A DNA stretch of 64,000 nucleotides from Neoconidiobolus thromboides FSU 785 (GCA_025603075.1 MU626302.1:60443-124442), one strand, 5' to 3'; shown: positions 50,277 through 62,061, counted from the first letter of the stretch. A program made the numbers and translations. Notes: generated by a model from the letters alone, not told the origin.

Positions 50277-51358
50277 CTAACTCCCCAGCCTATTTCCTCT
50301 GCCCCAATTATAACCACCTTGAGGGGCAGGTCCTGGAATAGGTTCTTGACTTTGTCTACCTACTGGAGTTGGGGGAGGTGCTGCATTAGGGAACAATTTT
50401 TCACTAAAAAAGGATAATAAAATTAGTCAACTACCTATAGCTCTTACGAAAATAGAGTTAAACCACTTACACTAAAATAGGAGTTTTCAATAAGTTATAA
50501 CCATAGCGGATGACAAATTGATTGATTAAAAAATCATAAGCATAACTAAAAGCTAAACCAAATAATGATGGATATGGAACAGCAGCGGAGAGAATAAATT
50601 CAAAAGTTATTAAAAAGATGGGGAAGTATTTGGCCTAAGAAGTAAGGTTAGTTTGAATTTCTGTATTTTATGGATGATTTATAGGTATGAAATAATAGAA
50701 TAACTTACTTTAAAATTAATCAAGCCGTAGAATGAAATATTTTGTTCTGAATTATCAAATGACCATAAGGTACAAATAGCTAATAATAAACTTGAAGATA
50801 GGATTGGAGTACCGATATATTTCATGCAGGCCTAAAAAAAGTGTGTTAAAAAAATATCATCTCATCAGATCATGTAAAAAACTAAGAGGTAAATTCCATT
50901 ATAAACTTACCAAACTTGTACCCATAAGTAACATTAAAAAATAAGCATAATCTCCTTGTCTACCACTAAATTTACTCATTTCTAAAGTAGATGAATAACG
51001 ATAGAGAAATATCATATCAAACAAAAAGCCCATATTAACACCATAGATCATAAAGGTGGTGATTGGAGTCCATACCTAAAATTTTATATAATTAGCATTC
51101 AATCATTCAATTTTCTTTATTATCCTATTTCCTTTTTCTATACTATAAATATCCTAATCTCTTTTTACTTACCCTATATTTATAAAACAAACTATGCCAA
51201 TTATACATAAACCAGCCATATTCAAATAATCTTAAATGGCAACCTAAACTTATGATAATAGATAAAGTTAAGATACTACGTGTTAACAAGGGTATTCCTT
51301 TATAAAATAGAACTAATTCATTTTCTGGTTGTGGTGGTGGTGGCGCGGCTCGTACCAT
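50277..51358 (-). CDS. Derlin-family ERAD membrane protein, multi-exon
   Basis: FYKGIPLLTR, VWTPITTF, FLFDMIFLYRYSSTLE...FSGRQGDYAYFL, LWSFDNSEQNISFYGLINFK and the C-terminal SHP-like GYNWGRGNRLG. Confidence 0.9.
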
Positions 51359-51672
51359 TTTCAATTATTTTATCACTTAGTAAATATAAAAAAATTAATA
51401 ATGCTTTTTATGTGCTATTTTTTTTAAGATTATGATTTTTCTAGAATAACTTAGCAGTTGAACCAATTAAATTCGGACTAATGTTAGAATGAGGTAAATG
51501 AGAGTTGAATTTGATGTTTGTAAATTGATTTAGTAAATTATAACTGTCTATTCAATTTACTTGCTGGATAAAGGTAGAAGAGAGTATTTAAATTACACAT
51601 TACTAAATTAAATAATAGAGAAAAATGTGTTATCTTACCAATTTAATACAGTGACAGGGTTGAAAATACAGT

Positions 51673-51775
51673 ATGGGAGTGTTTTTTTTGACTTCATCAC
51701 TTTTTCTATCTTTTAAGCGCTATTTGAGTGGAAAGATTGTTAGTAAAATTCTTAAACACAAAAATACATTTCCAT
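51673..51775 (+). mobile_element. MITE-like element, copy 10 (near consensus), between divergent derlin and SMP-30 genes
   Basis: ta|TGGGAGTGTTTTTTTTGACTTCATCAC...AAGCGCTATTTGAGTGGAAAGATTGTTAGTAAAATTCTTAAACACAAAAATACATTTCCA|ta. Confidence 0.85.
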
Positions 51776-52103
51776 ATACAGATAGTATAATTTTAAGTTT
51801 ATGTGTTCTTATAATAAATTTGATGAAAACTCAAAAATTTAAAGGAATTTAAAATAAGATAATTATGCTCTGTATCGATATTTCTATGAAAAACAAATTT
51901 TAATTTAATTTTCTTTGCAAATATTAATATCTATTTGATGATATTATTAAAATCATATCACTTTATATTATGCAATTAATTTTTTCCCAGTCTAATTAAA
52001 TCCTAATTCAAATAATCTTGTTACGTAACTCAACAAGAACCATTTCAAAAAAAGTTAAACCCAATTTTTTTAGTTTTATCTCTTTATTACTTAACAAAAC
52101 AGT

Positions 52104-53153
52104 ATGTATTCATTCAAGAGCTTGTTTCTTCTTCTTCCCACCCTTTTAAACGCCAACCGTTTATTAAACTCCCTCAATTTAAATGGTCAATCATTTGATC
52201 TAACCGCTAAACCCTATTTAACTAGTGAAACTAGTCCTTTTGGTCCTTATATTGAAGGTACTGGAGTATCTCCAGATGGTACTCTTTATGCAGTAGACTA
52301 TGGTAGTAACACAACATTACACCAATTAGGTTCAATCACCCATTCCAGTCTATTTTATGCTCATAATGATTCTAATTCTTGGTTCAATAGTATACGCTTT
52401 CTATCAGGAACAGAATTGGTAACAGGGGATGTTCGATTACATAGTATATTAAAATTAAAGCTAGCCAATAATGATATTGACAAAATAGAGAGCTCTATTC
52501 TATGTCAAGATGATGAATTATTACAACCCAATGATTTAGCTATTACTAATAATGGGAAATTTATTTATACTTCTGGTATGAAATTTGTTAAGGATAATAA
52601 AATAGGCGATGGAGATGTATGGGTATGTGATTCAAATGTTGGTAGTTTTAAAAGGTTATTAAAGCTAGGTCGTACCAACGGAATTGAGGTATCACCTGAT
52701 GACCGATATCTTTATGTATCAGAATCTTTTAACAAAGGAGGAGCACCATCATCTCAGGTGATTTGGAAGTATACTATTGATGGAACAAATGGCGAGTTAT
52801 CCGAGAAAGAAAAATTTATTGATTTTCAAGAAGTAGACGGCAGCGTTGAATATGATATCGATGGTATGCGTACGGATATAGAAGGGAATCTATTTGTTAC
52901 TAGACATGGGCAAGGAAAAGTTATGGTGTTTGATAAGGAGGGGAATGTTTTGGGTCAGGTTAGATTGAATATTATTAAACCTACTAATCTTGAGTTTGGA
53001 GGTGATAAGGGAGATACATTGTACATAGTTGGACAGTGTCCAGAATATCATAAAACAGAAGGGGTCGGTAAGGGCTGTGTTGATAGAATAAAATTAGAGG
53101 TGATGGGGAGAGCTTTTTTTAATTTGAATGTTAAGAGGGAGAGCGATTATTAA
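52104..53153 (+). CDS. Secreted SMP-30/gluconolactonase-family beta-propeller protein (intronless)
   Basis: Signal peptide; EG...DG.LY, QPNDLAI, TNGIEVSPD.RYLYV, IDGMRTDIEGNLFV and PTNLEFGG..G.TLYI. Confidence 0.9.
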   Translation: MYSFKSLFLLLPTLLNANRLLNSLNLNGQSFDLTAKPYLTSETSPFGPYIEGTGVSPDGTLYAVDYGSNTTLHQLGSITHSSLFYAHNDSNSWFNSIRFLSGTELVTGDVRLHSILKLKLANNDIDKIESSILCQDDELLQPNDLAITNNGKFIYTSGMKFVKDNKIGDGDVWVCDSNVGSFKRLLKLGRTNGIEVSPDDRYLYVSESFNKGGAPSSQVIWKYTIDGTNGELSEKEKFIDFQEVDGSVEYDIDGMRTDIEGNLFVTRHGQGKVMVFDKEGNVLGQVRLNIIKPTNLEFGGDKGDTLYIVGQCPEYHKTEGVGKGCVDRIKLEVMGRAFFNLNVKRESDY

Positions 53154-53308
53154 AGGGCCTAGTTTAAATAAATTTGCTATTATTATATATACATATTTTA
53201 ATTTTTATTATATTAATAATACTATTATTTTACCAATTGATTTGATTCATTTCCAAATTTTTTACTCCATTTTATTTGTTCTTATTCGCACTCAATTTTA
53301 TTTTTAAA

Positions 53309-53935
53309 ATGTCCATAGCCACTAAACATAGTATATACACCTTACTATCAACTAAGTTCTCCACTGAAGCTATTAACATCCTTCCTAAAGAATATAAAAC
53401 AATACTAACTATTTTGCATTTAAAACTTGGTGATATCACCCAACAGAATGTAGATATCGTAGTTAACGCCGCTAACAAAGACTTACTCCCAGGGGGTGGG
53501 GTATGCGGTTCTATCTTTCGTGCTGCCAGAAGTAGGCAACTATTGACCGAATGTATTAACCAAGCCCCTTGTTCTATAGGAGAGTATAAAAAAACACTTG
53601 GATATAGTTTACCTAGTAAATTTATCTATCATACAGTTGGACCACAGAGTATGGATAAGAAAGCGTTGATGAATTGTTATAAAAATTGTTTATTGGGAAT
53701 GATAGAGGATGAAATGAAGAGTATTGCATTTCCTTGCATATCAACAGGTATCTATGGGTTTCCTTCGGATACTGCAGCGGATACGGTAGGAAATGGATTA
53801 ATTGAATGGTTATTGGAGAGAGTAGAAAATGGTGATGAGATACCAGATAGGATAATATTATGTTGTTTTTTAGAAAAAGATTATCAATTTTATTTAAAAA
53901 CGTTCAAAAATTTGTTTGATAAAATAATAAATTAA
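53309..53935 (+). CDS. Macro domain (MacroD/YmdB-like) protein (intronless)
   Basis: GDITQQNVDIVVNAANKDLLPGGGV, IYHTVGP, SIAFPCISTGIYGFP. Confidence 0.92.
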   Translation: MSIATKHSIYTLLSTKFSTEAINILPKEYKTILTILHLKLGDITQQNVDIVVNAANKDLLPGGGVCGSIFRAARSRQLLTECINQAPCSIGEYKKTLGYSLPSKFIYHTVGPQSMDKKALMNCYKNCLLGMIEDEMKSIAFPCISTGIYGFPSDTAADTVGNGLIEWLLERVENGDEIPDRIILCCFLEKDYQFYLKTFKNLFDKIIN

Positions 53936-54074
53936 AGTATAAGTAAAAATGAAAATAGAATCTATTTATCTTTGGTCTTAAAATAATAACACAATTTTAT
54001 TAATAATCTCAAAACATCGATAAATTTTAAAATTTTATAAATTAACTGAAATTTTAAAAAGTACTCAGTTCTTT

Positions 54075-55408
54075 TCATCTCCAAACTTCCATAATCCATT
54101 GTTTTAAGTTCAATTTAACTGATTTTGATCTCAATACAAATGGGTTTGATTTTAACATGTTGGCTGGTGTAGGTCTTAAATTTGAGTCTTTAATTAAACA
54201 ATCATTAACAAATTCACAACATTCTTTTGAAAACCCTTTTGTTGAATTTAATTTAGGTGCTGGCATACGTACTATATAATCCAATAATTCTACAATCGCT
54301 AATCTAGGTTCTCCAGGTCCAGGAAATGGAAATCGGCCTTCTGCTAATTCACATATCGTTAAACCTAATGACCATATATCGCTTTGGACTGCATATCCAT
54401 ACCCCTGGATTCTTTCAGGCTATTATTATTGATTAATTTAAATGGGGTTGATTTTTTATGTTCTTTATAAACTTACTGCCATATAATAAGAAGTACCCAC
54501 AAAAGTTCTTGCCATAGAATCCACCAATTCTCCAGATACTCCAAAGTCACATAATTTTATTTGGCCTTCGCCTGTGACTAAAATGTTTGATGGTTTAACA
54601 TCTAAATTTAAAATTCATTAATAAAAATAAAAGCAAAATACTATATCTTTGAATATAATTAAAAACAATTAAATTACCTCGATGGATGATTCTATTATCA
54701 TGTAAATAAACAAGACCTTCTAAAACCTAAGTTTAAAATTAATTTCAACTTTTCACTTTGCTAACAATTCAATAAAAAACTTACTGCTTCTGAAACTTTG
54801 CCTAGAATCCCTTCTCCAATGGACATGTTTTTCGCAAATACCCTCTTATAAATAGCGTCAAATGAGCCACCTTGACAATATTCCATACACATAGCAATAG
54901 AAGAGTCTTCTTCATCATAATAAGCCCCCATAAAACTAACTATATGCGCAGAGTTACATGTTCTTAAAAAACTTAGTTCTCTGATGATTTGGCGGTGAAC
55001 TGCTGGATCGGGGTCTGCTGGAACAGACTGATATTTGTAAATTTAAAATTTAAAATATACTCTATTTAAATTATTAAAATAATAAACTCTTACCTTCCTA
55101 GCCAAGATCGTTCCATTTGGAATATATCTCACCATACAAACTGTACCACTAGCGCCTTCACCTAATTTTTTAACCGTTTCAATGGTGGTAGGATTTAACT
55201 CATATTCAGCTTTGGTGGAAGTTTTTAAGTATGGGGAATAGTCTACAGGAGCATGGCCTTTCAATTGAGAAATAGCTAAGTTACTGTCAGGGCTAGCAAT
55301 GGCAGCAGTATTGTCGATGTTTGCTGCTATAGTTAAACTAGGATTATTACGATTTAATTTTTTCTTTGGTTTCATACTGGTCGCGTTGGACCTGGATAAT
55401 GATGCCAT
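54075..55408 (-). CDS. MKK1: MAP kinase kinase, Mkk1/Pek1 (cell-wall integrity) type, multi-exon
   Basis: [22 protein letters not shown]|[33 protein letters not shown]|[27 protein letters not shown]. Confidence 0.85.
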
Positions 55409-56294
55409 TGTTAATTATAATTTTTTTATTGTTACAAAATTGGTTAGTTCGTTAAAGTAAAAATTTTAATTTTTTTTAAGTGGCTTTGAGATATTTTAAT
55501 TGCATTTGTTTAGCTGTTTCGTTTTTTATTCGTTACATTTTTTTTATAGAAAAATTGCAATTGTTCGGCATTTGTCAATTTTTCAAATTGGAAAGCCAAT
55601 TAAATGGGTTTCAATCTAAACTGAATAGTAAATTAATGAGTCAAGATTATACTTATTGAAGAATAAAATTGGTTTAATTTAATTTTTGCAATAATTTCTG
55701 AAATGTTGCTTAGATCGAAAAATTAAAAATCTCAACTAGGAAACAATGTTATATGCAAGTGACTAATTACTAATGTTTATTTGGTAAGAATAAGGTATTT
55801 ATTAGTATTGAAATACTATTTTATATTGAAATAACTTTTAAATTTAATGACAAAATATGTTATTTTCAATACAGTTGAGAATTGACCATAGGCAATAGCA
55901 TAGAAAATATACGTATTACGTATAAAAAATTGGTCCTACTTGCACTCTTCTATCCATATATTTTATGCATTATATATAGGTTATTTTATTTTACCAGATA
56001 TATAAAAGGCCTATCTAATAATAAAGCCATAATTAATACAAACATATTCAAGATAATACTGTAGACTTTTAATTTATAATCATCTATATACAACTTTATT
56101 TCAAGTAGAATAACATGTATACATAAATCGTTATTTTCACTAAGCAATCCACTAATTATCTAAAAATAAAAAGTTACTTTAAATTAAAACTATTGCAATT
56201 AGTAATAACCAGTTTAATGATTTAATAAATTTATAATATCTTGGATGCTGAAGTTGATGTTTTTAATAATAAGCTATTATAGATAATAAACGTC

Positions 56295-56395
56295 TGAGGA
56301 TGTATTTTTGCGTTTGATAAGTTTACTAATACTTTTTCCACTCAAATAGCGCTTAAAAGATAGAAAAAGTGATGAGGCCAAAAAAGCATCTTCAT
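56295..56395 (-). mobile_element. MITE-like element, copy 11 (reverse orientation)
   Basis: TGAGGATGTATTTTTG...TTTTTCCACTCAAATAGCGCTTAAAAGATAGAAAAAGTGATGAGGCCAAAAAAGCATCTTCAT. Confidence 0.8.
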
Positions 56396-56593
56396 CTATT
56401 AACAGTATTTATTAGAAACAGTTTCAATGATACTTTTTATTTATTGAAAATGTTTAATAGTATTATGATAATATTCACTTTAACGTGATTAATATTGAGC
56501 TGCTCTACTTGAGTTTATCAAAAAAATAATAAATATATTAAGATATTTTAAAATCTCATTTAAATGGGTTATGATCTAAAAATATATTTAAAT

Positions 56594-56696
56594 ATGAGGG
56601 GTGTTTTTTTGGCTTGATTACTTTTTCCCTTTTGAGTGTGCTATTTGAGTGGAAAAATTATTAGTAAAATTTTTAAACACAAAAATACACTTCTAT
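56594..56696 (+). mobile_element. MITE-like element, copy 12
   Basis: ATGAGGGGTGTTTTTTTGGCTTG...GCTATTTGAGTGGAAAAATTATTAGTAAAATTTTTAAACACAAAAATACACTTCTAT. Confidence 0.8.
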
Positions 56697-56802
56697 GTAT
56701 TGTAAACTAATCTAATAAGATTTAGGTAATTCTAAAGTTAAGGATGTATTAAAATTTAGGATTTATAAGCTAATATCTTGACATATCACTAGGATAAAGC
56801 TT

Positions 56803-56897
56803 TGGGGTGTCTTTTTTGCTTTTAATCATTTGTCCATTTATAAGCATTATTGAATGAAATAATTACTAGCTGGATTCTTAAACAAAAAAACATGCAT
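56803..56897 (+). mobile_element. MITE-like element, copy 13 (heavily degenerate)
   Basis: TGGGGTGTCTTTTTTG...TCCATTTATAAGCATTATTGAATGAAA...TTCTTAAACAAAAAAACATGCAT aligns loosely with the consensus. Confidence 0.55.
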
Positions 56898-57041
56898 ATA
56901 TATCGTTTAATATTTAAATAAAATAATAATTCCATATTTCGATTAAATAGTAGTTCTATAATATAATATAAGTAAATAAGACAGTATAAATGCAATAAAA
57001 AAATTTCAATAAAAATAAAAACTATATAGATTATCATCAAT

Positions 57042-57537
57042 ATGAAAGTCATCCTAATCTTCTTTATTACACCTTACTGCTGGTTTAGTAAGTTATGTCA
57101 ATTTACTAACCATCTCTGATGGTAACCTCTATAAGCGTTAAGTGAAGCCACTGGCATATTGCATATAATGGTTTATATACTAGATGTGAAAAAATCTCTA
57201 AATATAAGATTAAACAGAAGGATCGCAATGTAAAGAAAACTAAAAAGAGTGGTTGTCGATTTGTAGAGAGATTCATGAGAAAAAGAAAGAAATTGAAAAG
57301 CCTAAGGAAACTCCTAGGGAAACTAAAAAGCCTGAAGGAACTACATAGATAACAAAGGAGCCTCTTATTAAATCCAAAGTACCTGAGCCAACTAAAGAAA
57401 CTTATACAGAATTTAAGAAAGCTAAACCTGTCAGAGAAGTTAGCGAACCAGTTACTAAACTATATAGCCTTAATCATAAGCTTGTATCAGCGGAATCTTT
57501 GAAAGATATTGATGGTGCTTATGTTAATTGTGATTAA
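57042..57537 (+). pseudogene. Decayed gene for a secreted K/E/P/T-rich protein
   Basis: Signal-peptide-like MKVILIFFI start, frameshifts, then EKPKETPRETKKPEGTT*ITKEPLIKSKVPEPTKET...AYVNCD* with an internal TAG. Coding-like composition. Confidence 0.5.
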
Positions 57538-59136
57538 ACTTGTAATAAAGTTTTGGTATCTAGTAAATATGATCTAGCTTCCCTCAATAAGGATTAGTTT
57601 AAATATCAAACTAAAGTCAGTAAGTTATGCCAAATTGGCCCATTGATAATAAAAATAAGTGCACATATTAAAGTTTTTACTTAAATTTTATTTTAGTACT
57701 TAAAAAAGAAAGTCATTTTAGTGTTTAGAGATGAATCAAATGAAGATAATAAAAACTTCACATTTTAATTATACATTAACTGCTTATTTTAAAATATTGT
57801 ATTAATTGGTAACTCACTTCATTATTTTGATACAGTTAAAACCCGCAGCAGGGGATTTTAAAACCATAGGTTTTATTAACATCGATACTAGACCAAAATG
57901 CTATCTATGAGTTTAGAAGATTTAATACGATAAATGTGACTAAAAATAACAAAATCCCCCTTTGAGAGCTATCCTAATCACGCAGCGATATATACAATTT
58001 AAAATGTGTCTGTATCCTTTATAGCTGCTATAGCTCTATTGCAACCCAATTTGCAGTAACTTAGAACTAGTTATTTTTTTTAAATTCGGTTTTTTGGCTT
58101 ATAATTATTTTTGCTTTATAATAAGATGTGGAAGGTCCGATAGTATCAAGATGATACGTTAAACTATAGATCCCAAAGGTGTGTTAATTTTTATAAATTA
58201 TATAATTAAATCTGAAGTTCTGTTTGTTACGTTTTTTAGAACAAAGCCCACCTAAAAAGTCGGACCCTTGATCCTTAGCTAAAATGACCAACGATTGGGT
58301 ACTTAACGACTGAGTCAATCTGTACCAGAGCTGGTTGTTTGATTTTTTCTAACAGCCTTTAGATCCTAGCAAAAAAGCTCTTAAATGAATAATTAGTTAG
58401 GTTACAATCGAGTTGAAACAGTTGTAATATGAGTGAAATAAACTATGCCCCATTTTTAAATTTAAAATCTGTGACTTTTTAAAATCCAACTTTAGTGATA
58501 ATATCAAAGTTGGGTTAAGGCTGAAAAGAACTTTTTGTTTTATCACTCTGATTTATATCTTATCACGAAATTATTTCTTTTTAAAAATTGAATATATTTT
58601 GTCCATATTAAAAAATATTTCCACACATTCTAGATTGCAAATTTTGCTGCGTGAATTGGATTAGACCCTCAAAGGAGAACCTTACTCCAAAAAATTTATT
58701 ATCAAATTATTTAATGTTATAACCAATAGTTTTTTAACTTGTATGAATTGAGAAAAAAAGCTTACATTTTTAAATTACTGACTGATCATTTAATTTTCTC
58801 TCTTTTTATATTGCAATTTTTTAATTCCATGGCTGCGATTTTATTTAAAAGAGGAAAAATAATAAATGTGACTGCCTTTTGTATATGCTTGGCACTCAAA
58901 CCTACCTTGGCAGCGAATTAAATGACATAATGAAAGATGTTTCAGAAAGTTTTTTTATCAAGAAAACGGAGCAAATAAGATGATTTAATGATTTGGAAGC
59001 TACAATAAATAAAGTTTAATTGGTTTAAACTGACAAACATTTTATTTTACATACAAACTTAGCAAACCAAACAATTTTCAAGTTTGGATCACAAAAGTAT
59101 AAAGTGAATAACTAAGAATTTATTTTTGATTTCAAA

Positions 59137-62061
59137 ATGAATGTTGAAAATAATTCTTCAGTATACCCTGAACTGACCACTATAAAAGTGGTTCATAATG
59201 GCATTGCAAGAAGAGTAAAAATCCGCTATGATATGAAGTGGGATGAATTTGAAGCAAAGATTTGTCGTTTATTTTCTATATCTCCCCCTTTAGTCACTTG
59301 TTATAAAGATAGTATGGGTGTCTCAGTCATTGTAGATAGTGACGATGATTTTTATTTCTTCTTAGACGAGGAGTTTAATGGACGTCTTGAAATTATTCCT
59401 AACGCTGAAAGCGGTGATGGCATAGGATGGACGGTTGTTAGAAATGAAGATAAAACTTTTGGTGAAGCTGAAAATGAAGACAACCAAGTCAATGAACAAA
59501 CTTTAAGCTCAATCCCTCCTTCATCGTTAGCTCCCTCAAGTCCTGCACCTAGTATGCATAGGGACGCATTTGGTGCTGCATTGAATGATATCAATGAAGC
59601 TGATAATCAAACTAATACTGGGTTAGAAAATAGATACATTAATAATGATCATAGCCAAACTAATCCACCTACACCATTAAATCCCAATGAAGATAAAGAT
59701 ATGACCCCACTTGTTGATAATTCATCTCCATCTAATGAACAAGTATCCGAAGATGTTGATCAAAGTACACCTGGAAATGATAAAAGTTCTGAACATAAAA
59801 TCATTGATGAAGGCTTTGAACCAGCAGATGACAAAGGCAGCGACGATTCTGTAGCTAAATCAGTTAAAAGTGATACTAGTCAAGATATTTTAAGCGCCAA
59901 TGATAGCAGTAAAAACATCGATCAATCTGACATTTCACAAGTTTCTCATATAGAAGATGCTTCTAGAGATGATATAAAAGAGGGTCAAGATAATAGCTCA
60001 AGTAACTTAAACCCATCTGACACTCCACTGGAAAAATCAGATAGTGAATCAAAGCCATATAAAGAGGAAACAATTTTATTCGAAACAACTTTTCCAGAAA
60101 CTATGGAAAAGACCCCCAGTACTAACAGTGAGGTGCTTGCAAAAGAGCCCGAGTTTTTTGAGGCTACAGAAGAAATCGCTGAAGTTGAAAACAAAGATTC
60201 AATCAATGAATCAAATAATCCCATCCCAGAATCTCATGATCAAGCTTTTATAAATCCTGCTCCAATAGAAGCTTGTTATGTATCGAATTGCTTTCCTAAT
60301 ACTGAAGCAAAGTCACTTATTGAAAGTGAAAGTGAAAATGAATCCTTTCCACCTGTGCCAACTTACATCCCTGATATTGATAATGTAACTGTCGAAAGTA
60401 TCCCTGATATTGATACCAAAAGTTTAAAATCCTCCACACCCAAAGAGCCAGAAGCTGAGTTGCCCATAGATTGTGAAATCACTGATCAAGAAGCTGAAAA
60501 TCAGAATATGAATATTAATGATACAAATGCAAGTACAGCTAATATAGATCCAATAACTTTTAAAGTTCAAAGATTAAGAAGTGTGTGTCATGAAGCTGAT
60601 AAAAAACTTCAAAATATCCCAGCCTCTTTGCTAATCATTGAGTTGTTTTCTGATCAAATTTTTAATGGAGTACGAATTGATCTTGATCTTTTTGAGCAAG
60701 CTATAAGCAGAATTGCCAATGGAGATAGAAGTAAGGAACCGCCAACTTCAGCCGAACAAGCTGCAAATGAAGTACTTCGCAACATGAAAACCTTGTTTGT
60801 CCACCTCGGCTCATCTATGGCCGAATTTATTGAGCAGGATTTAGTCCCATTCATCAAAACCAATGTTGATTCTAAGAATTGGATGAAATCCAATTTAAGT
60901 GATGATGGAGCCAATTCAAGCAACAACAATAATTCCAGTGCTGAATCAGCCAAAGGAGGATGTAGTTCTAATGCTAACAATAACCAAGAGTGCTCAAATG
61001 ATGATCACTTTGGAAGATTTAATTATTTACGTCAATTTGGTTTACCATCCCCATTTCTCAGAGCTAAACATAAGGGTAAATGTATGAGAAAGAATCATGA
61101 ATACCATCAAACCTCTTCAAGGTATGGGTGCCATACAAAACGTAATAGAGAAAATTGCCCAACAGAGACAGTTTATTTGGGAGAAGCGTTCAATAGTGTC
61201 GATTCTAGTCCACCAAAACCAACGTTTGCTGAATCAGGAGTAGGGAGCAAAGGCTCTGTTAATGAAGCTAATGAAGTATTAAAAGAGATATTAATTAATG
61301 ACGAAACCCAAAATAAAAAAATACCAAATACTGGGGATAATATCAGTACTCATGTTGAAGAAACTGAGAACTCTACTAAAGATGAACAAATAGAAGATCA
61401 TAATTCCGAGTGCAAAACCGAGTCTTCCCATTTTGAGCAAAATCAAAGACTAAGTAGCATTGATGATCAAAATTTAACTGAGAGTGTTTATAACCATTTA
61501 TTCCCAATGAAAGAATTATTCAAATTACCATTGACTTTAATGAATGGTGGAAATAGCCCAACTTTTATGAATCCATTTCAAAAAGAAGCAAGCCCTTCAC
61601 ATGAGATATCCAACAATGAAATAAATAACAGTGAATTTTGTAATAATATGCCTGGAAGTTTTGAAGACACTTCTAATGAATATTACCCTACATTTAACGA
61701 ATATCAAGTGCCTGTAAACCCATTTAGTGATGAATTTGCTATTCGTCCACCAAAACCTAAGGAATATCAACGAATTTCAACTGAAGAAGTTGAAGAAACT
61801 GAGCTCAATAGTATAAGAGTTGATAGCGATGATACCATCAATAAAAACTACCCACCAATTTCAGGAAATAGTAGCGATGATGGTAATGAGAGCAAAAAAG
61901 ATATTGCTGAGGACATTAAGCCAGAAGACGTTCAATTGATCTTTGGTCTTAATACTTTAAGAGAAATGGGCTTCCCTAATGATTTCAAGAACCTTGAAGC
62001 ACTCCAAGAATGTAATTTAGAAGTTGAAAGTGCTGTTGAGCATCTTTTAAGAAATATATAG
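59137..62061 (+). CDS. PB1...UBA protein (p62/NBR1-like architecture), intronless, 974 aa
   Basis: N-terminal PB1 (IKV...RR; YKDSMG...VDSDDDF), long acidic disordered middle, C-terminal UBA (LNTLREMGF...NLEAL...VESAVEHLL). Confidence 0.85.
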   Translation: MNVENNSSVYPELTTIKVVHNGIARRVKIRYDMKWDEFEAKICRLFSISPPLVTCYKDSMGVSVIVDSDDDFYFFLDEEFNGRLEIIPNAESGDGIGWTVVRNEDKTFGEAENEDNQVNEQTLSSIPPSSLAPSSPAPSMHRDAFGAALNDINEADNQTNTGLENRYINNDHSQTNPPTPLNPNEDKDMTPLVDNSSPSNEQVSEDVDQSTPGNDKSSEHKIIDEGFEPADDKGSDDSVAKSVKSDTSQDILSANDSSKNIDQSDISQVSHIEDASRDDIKEGQDNSSSNLNPSDTPLEKSDSESKPYKEETILFETTFPETMEKTPSTNSEVLAKEPEFFEATEEIAEVENKDSINESNNPIPESHDQAFINPAPIEACYVSNCFPNTEAKSLIESESENESFPPVPTYIPDIDNVTVESIPDIDTKSLKSSTPKEPEAELPIDCEITDQEAENQNMNINDTNASTANIDPITFKVQRLRSVCHEADKKLQNIPASLLIIELFSDQIFNGVRIDLDLFEQAISRIANGDRSKEPPTSAEQAANEVLRNMKTLFVHLGSSMAEFIEQDLVPFIKTNVDSKNWMKSNLSDDGANSSNNNNSSAESAKGGCSSNANNNQECSNDDHFGRFNYLRQFGLPSPFLRAKHKGKCMRKNHEYHQTSSRYGCHTKRNRENCPTETVYLGEAFNSVDSSPPKPTFAESGVGSKGSVNEANEVLKEILINDETQNKKIPNTGDNISTHVEETENSTKDEQIEDHNSECKTESSHFEQNQRLSSIDDQNLTESVYNHLFPMKELFKLPLTLMNGGNSPTFMNPFQKEASPSHEISNNEINNSEFCNNMPGSFEDTSNEYYPTFNEYQVPVNPFSDEFAIRPPKPKEYQRISTEEVEETELNSIRVDSDDTINKNYPPISGNSSDDGNESKKDIAEDIKPEDVQLIFGLNTLREMGFPNDFKNLEALQECNLEVESAVEHLLRNI

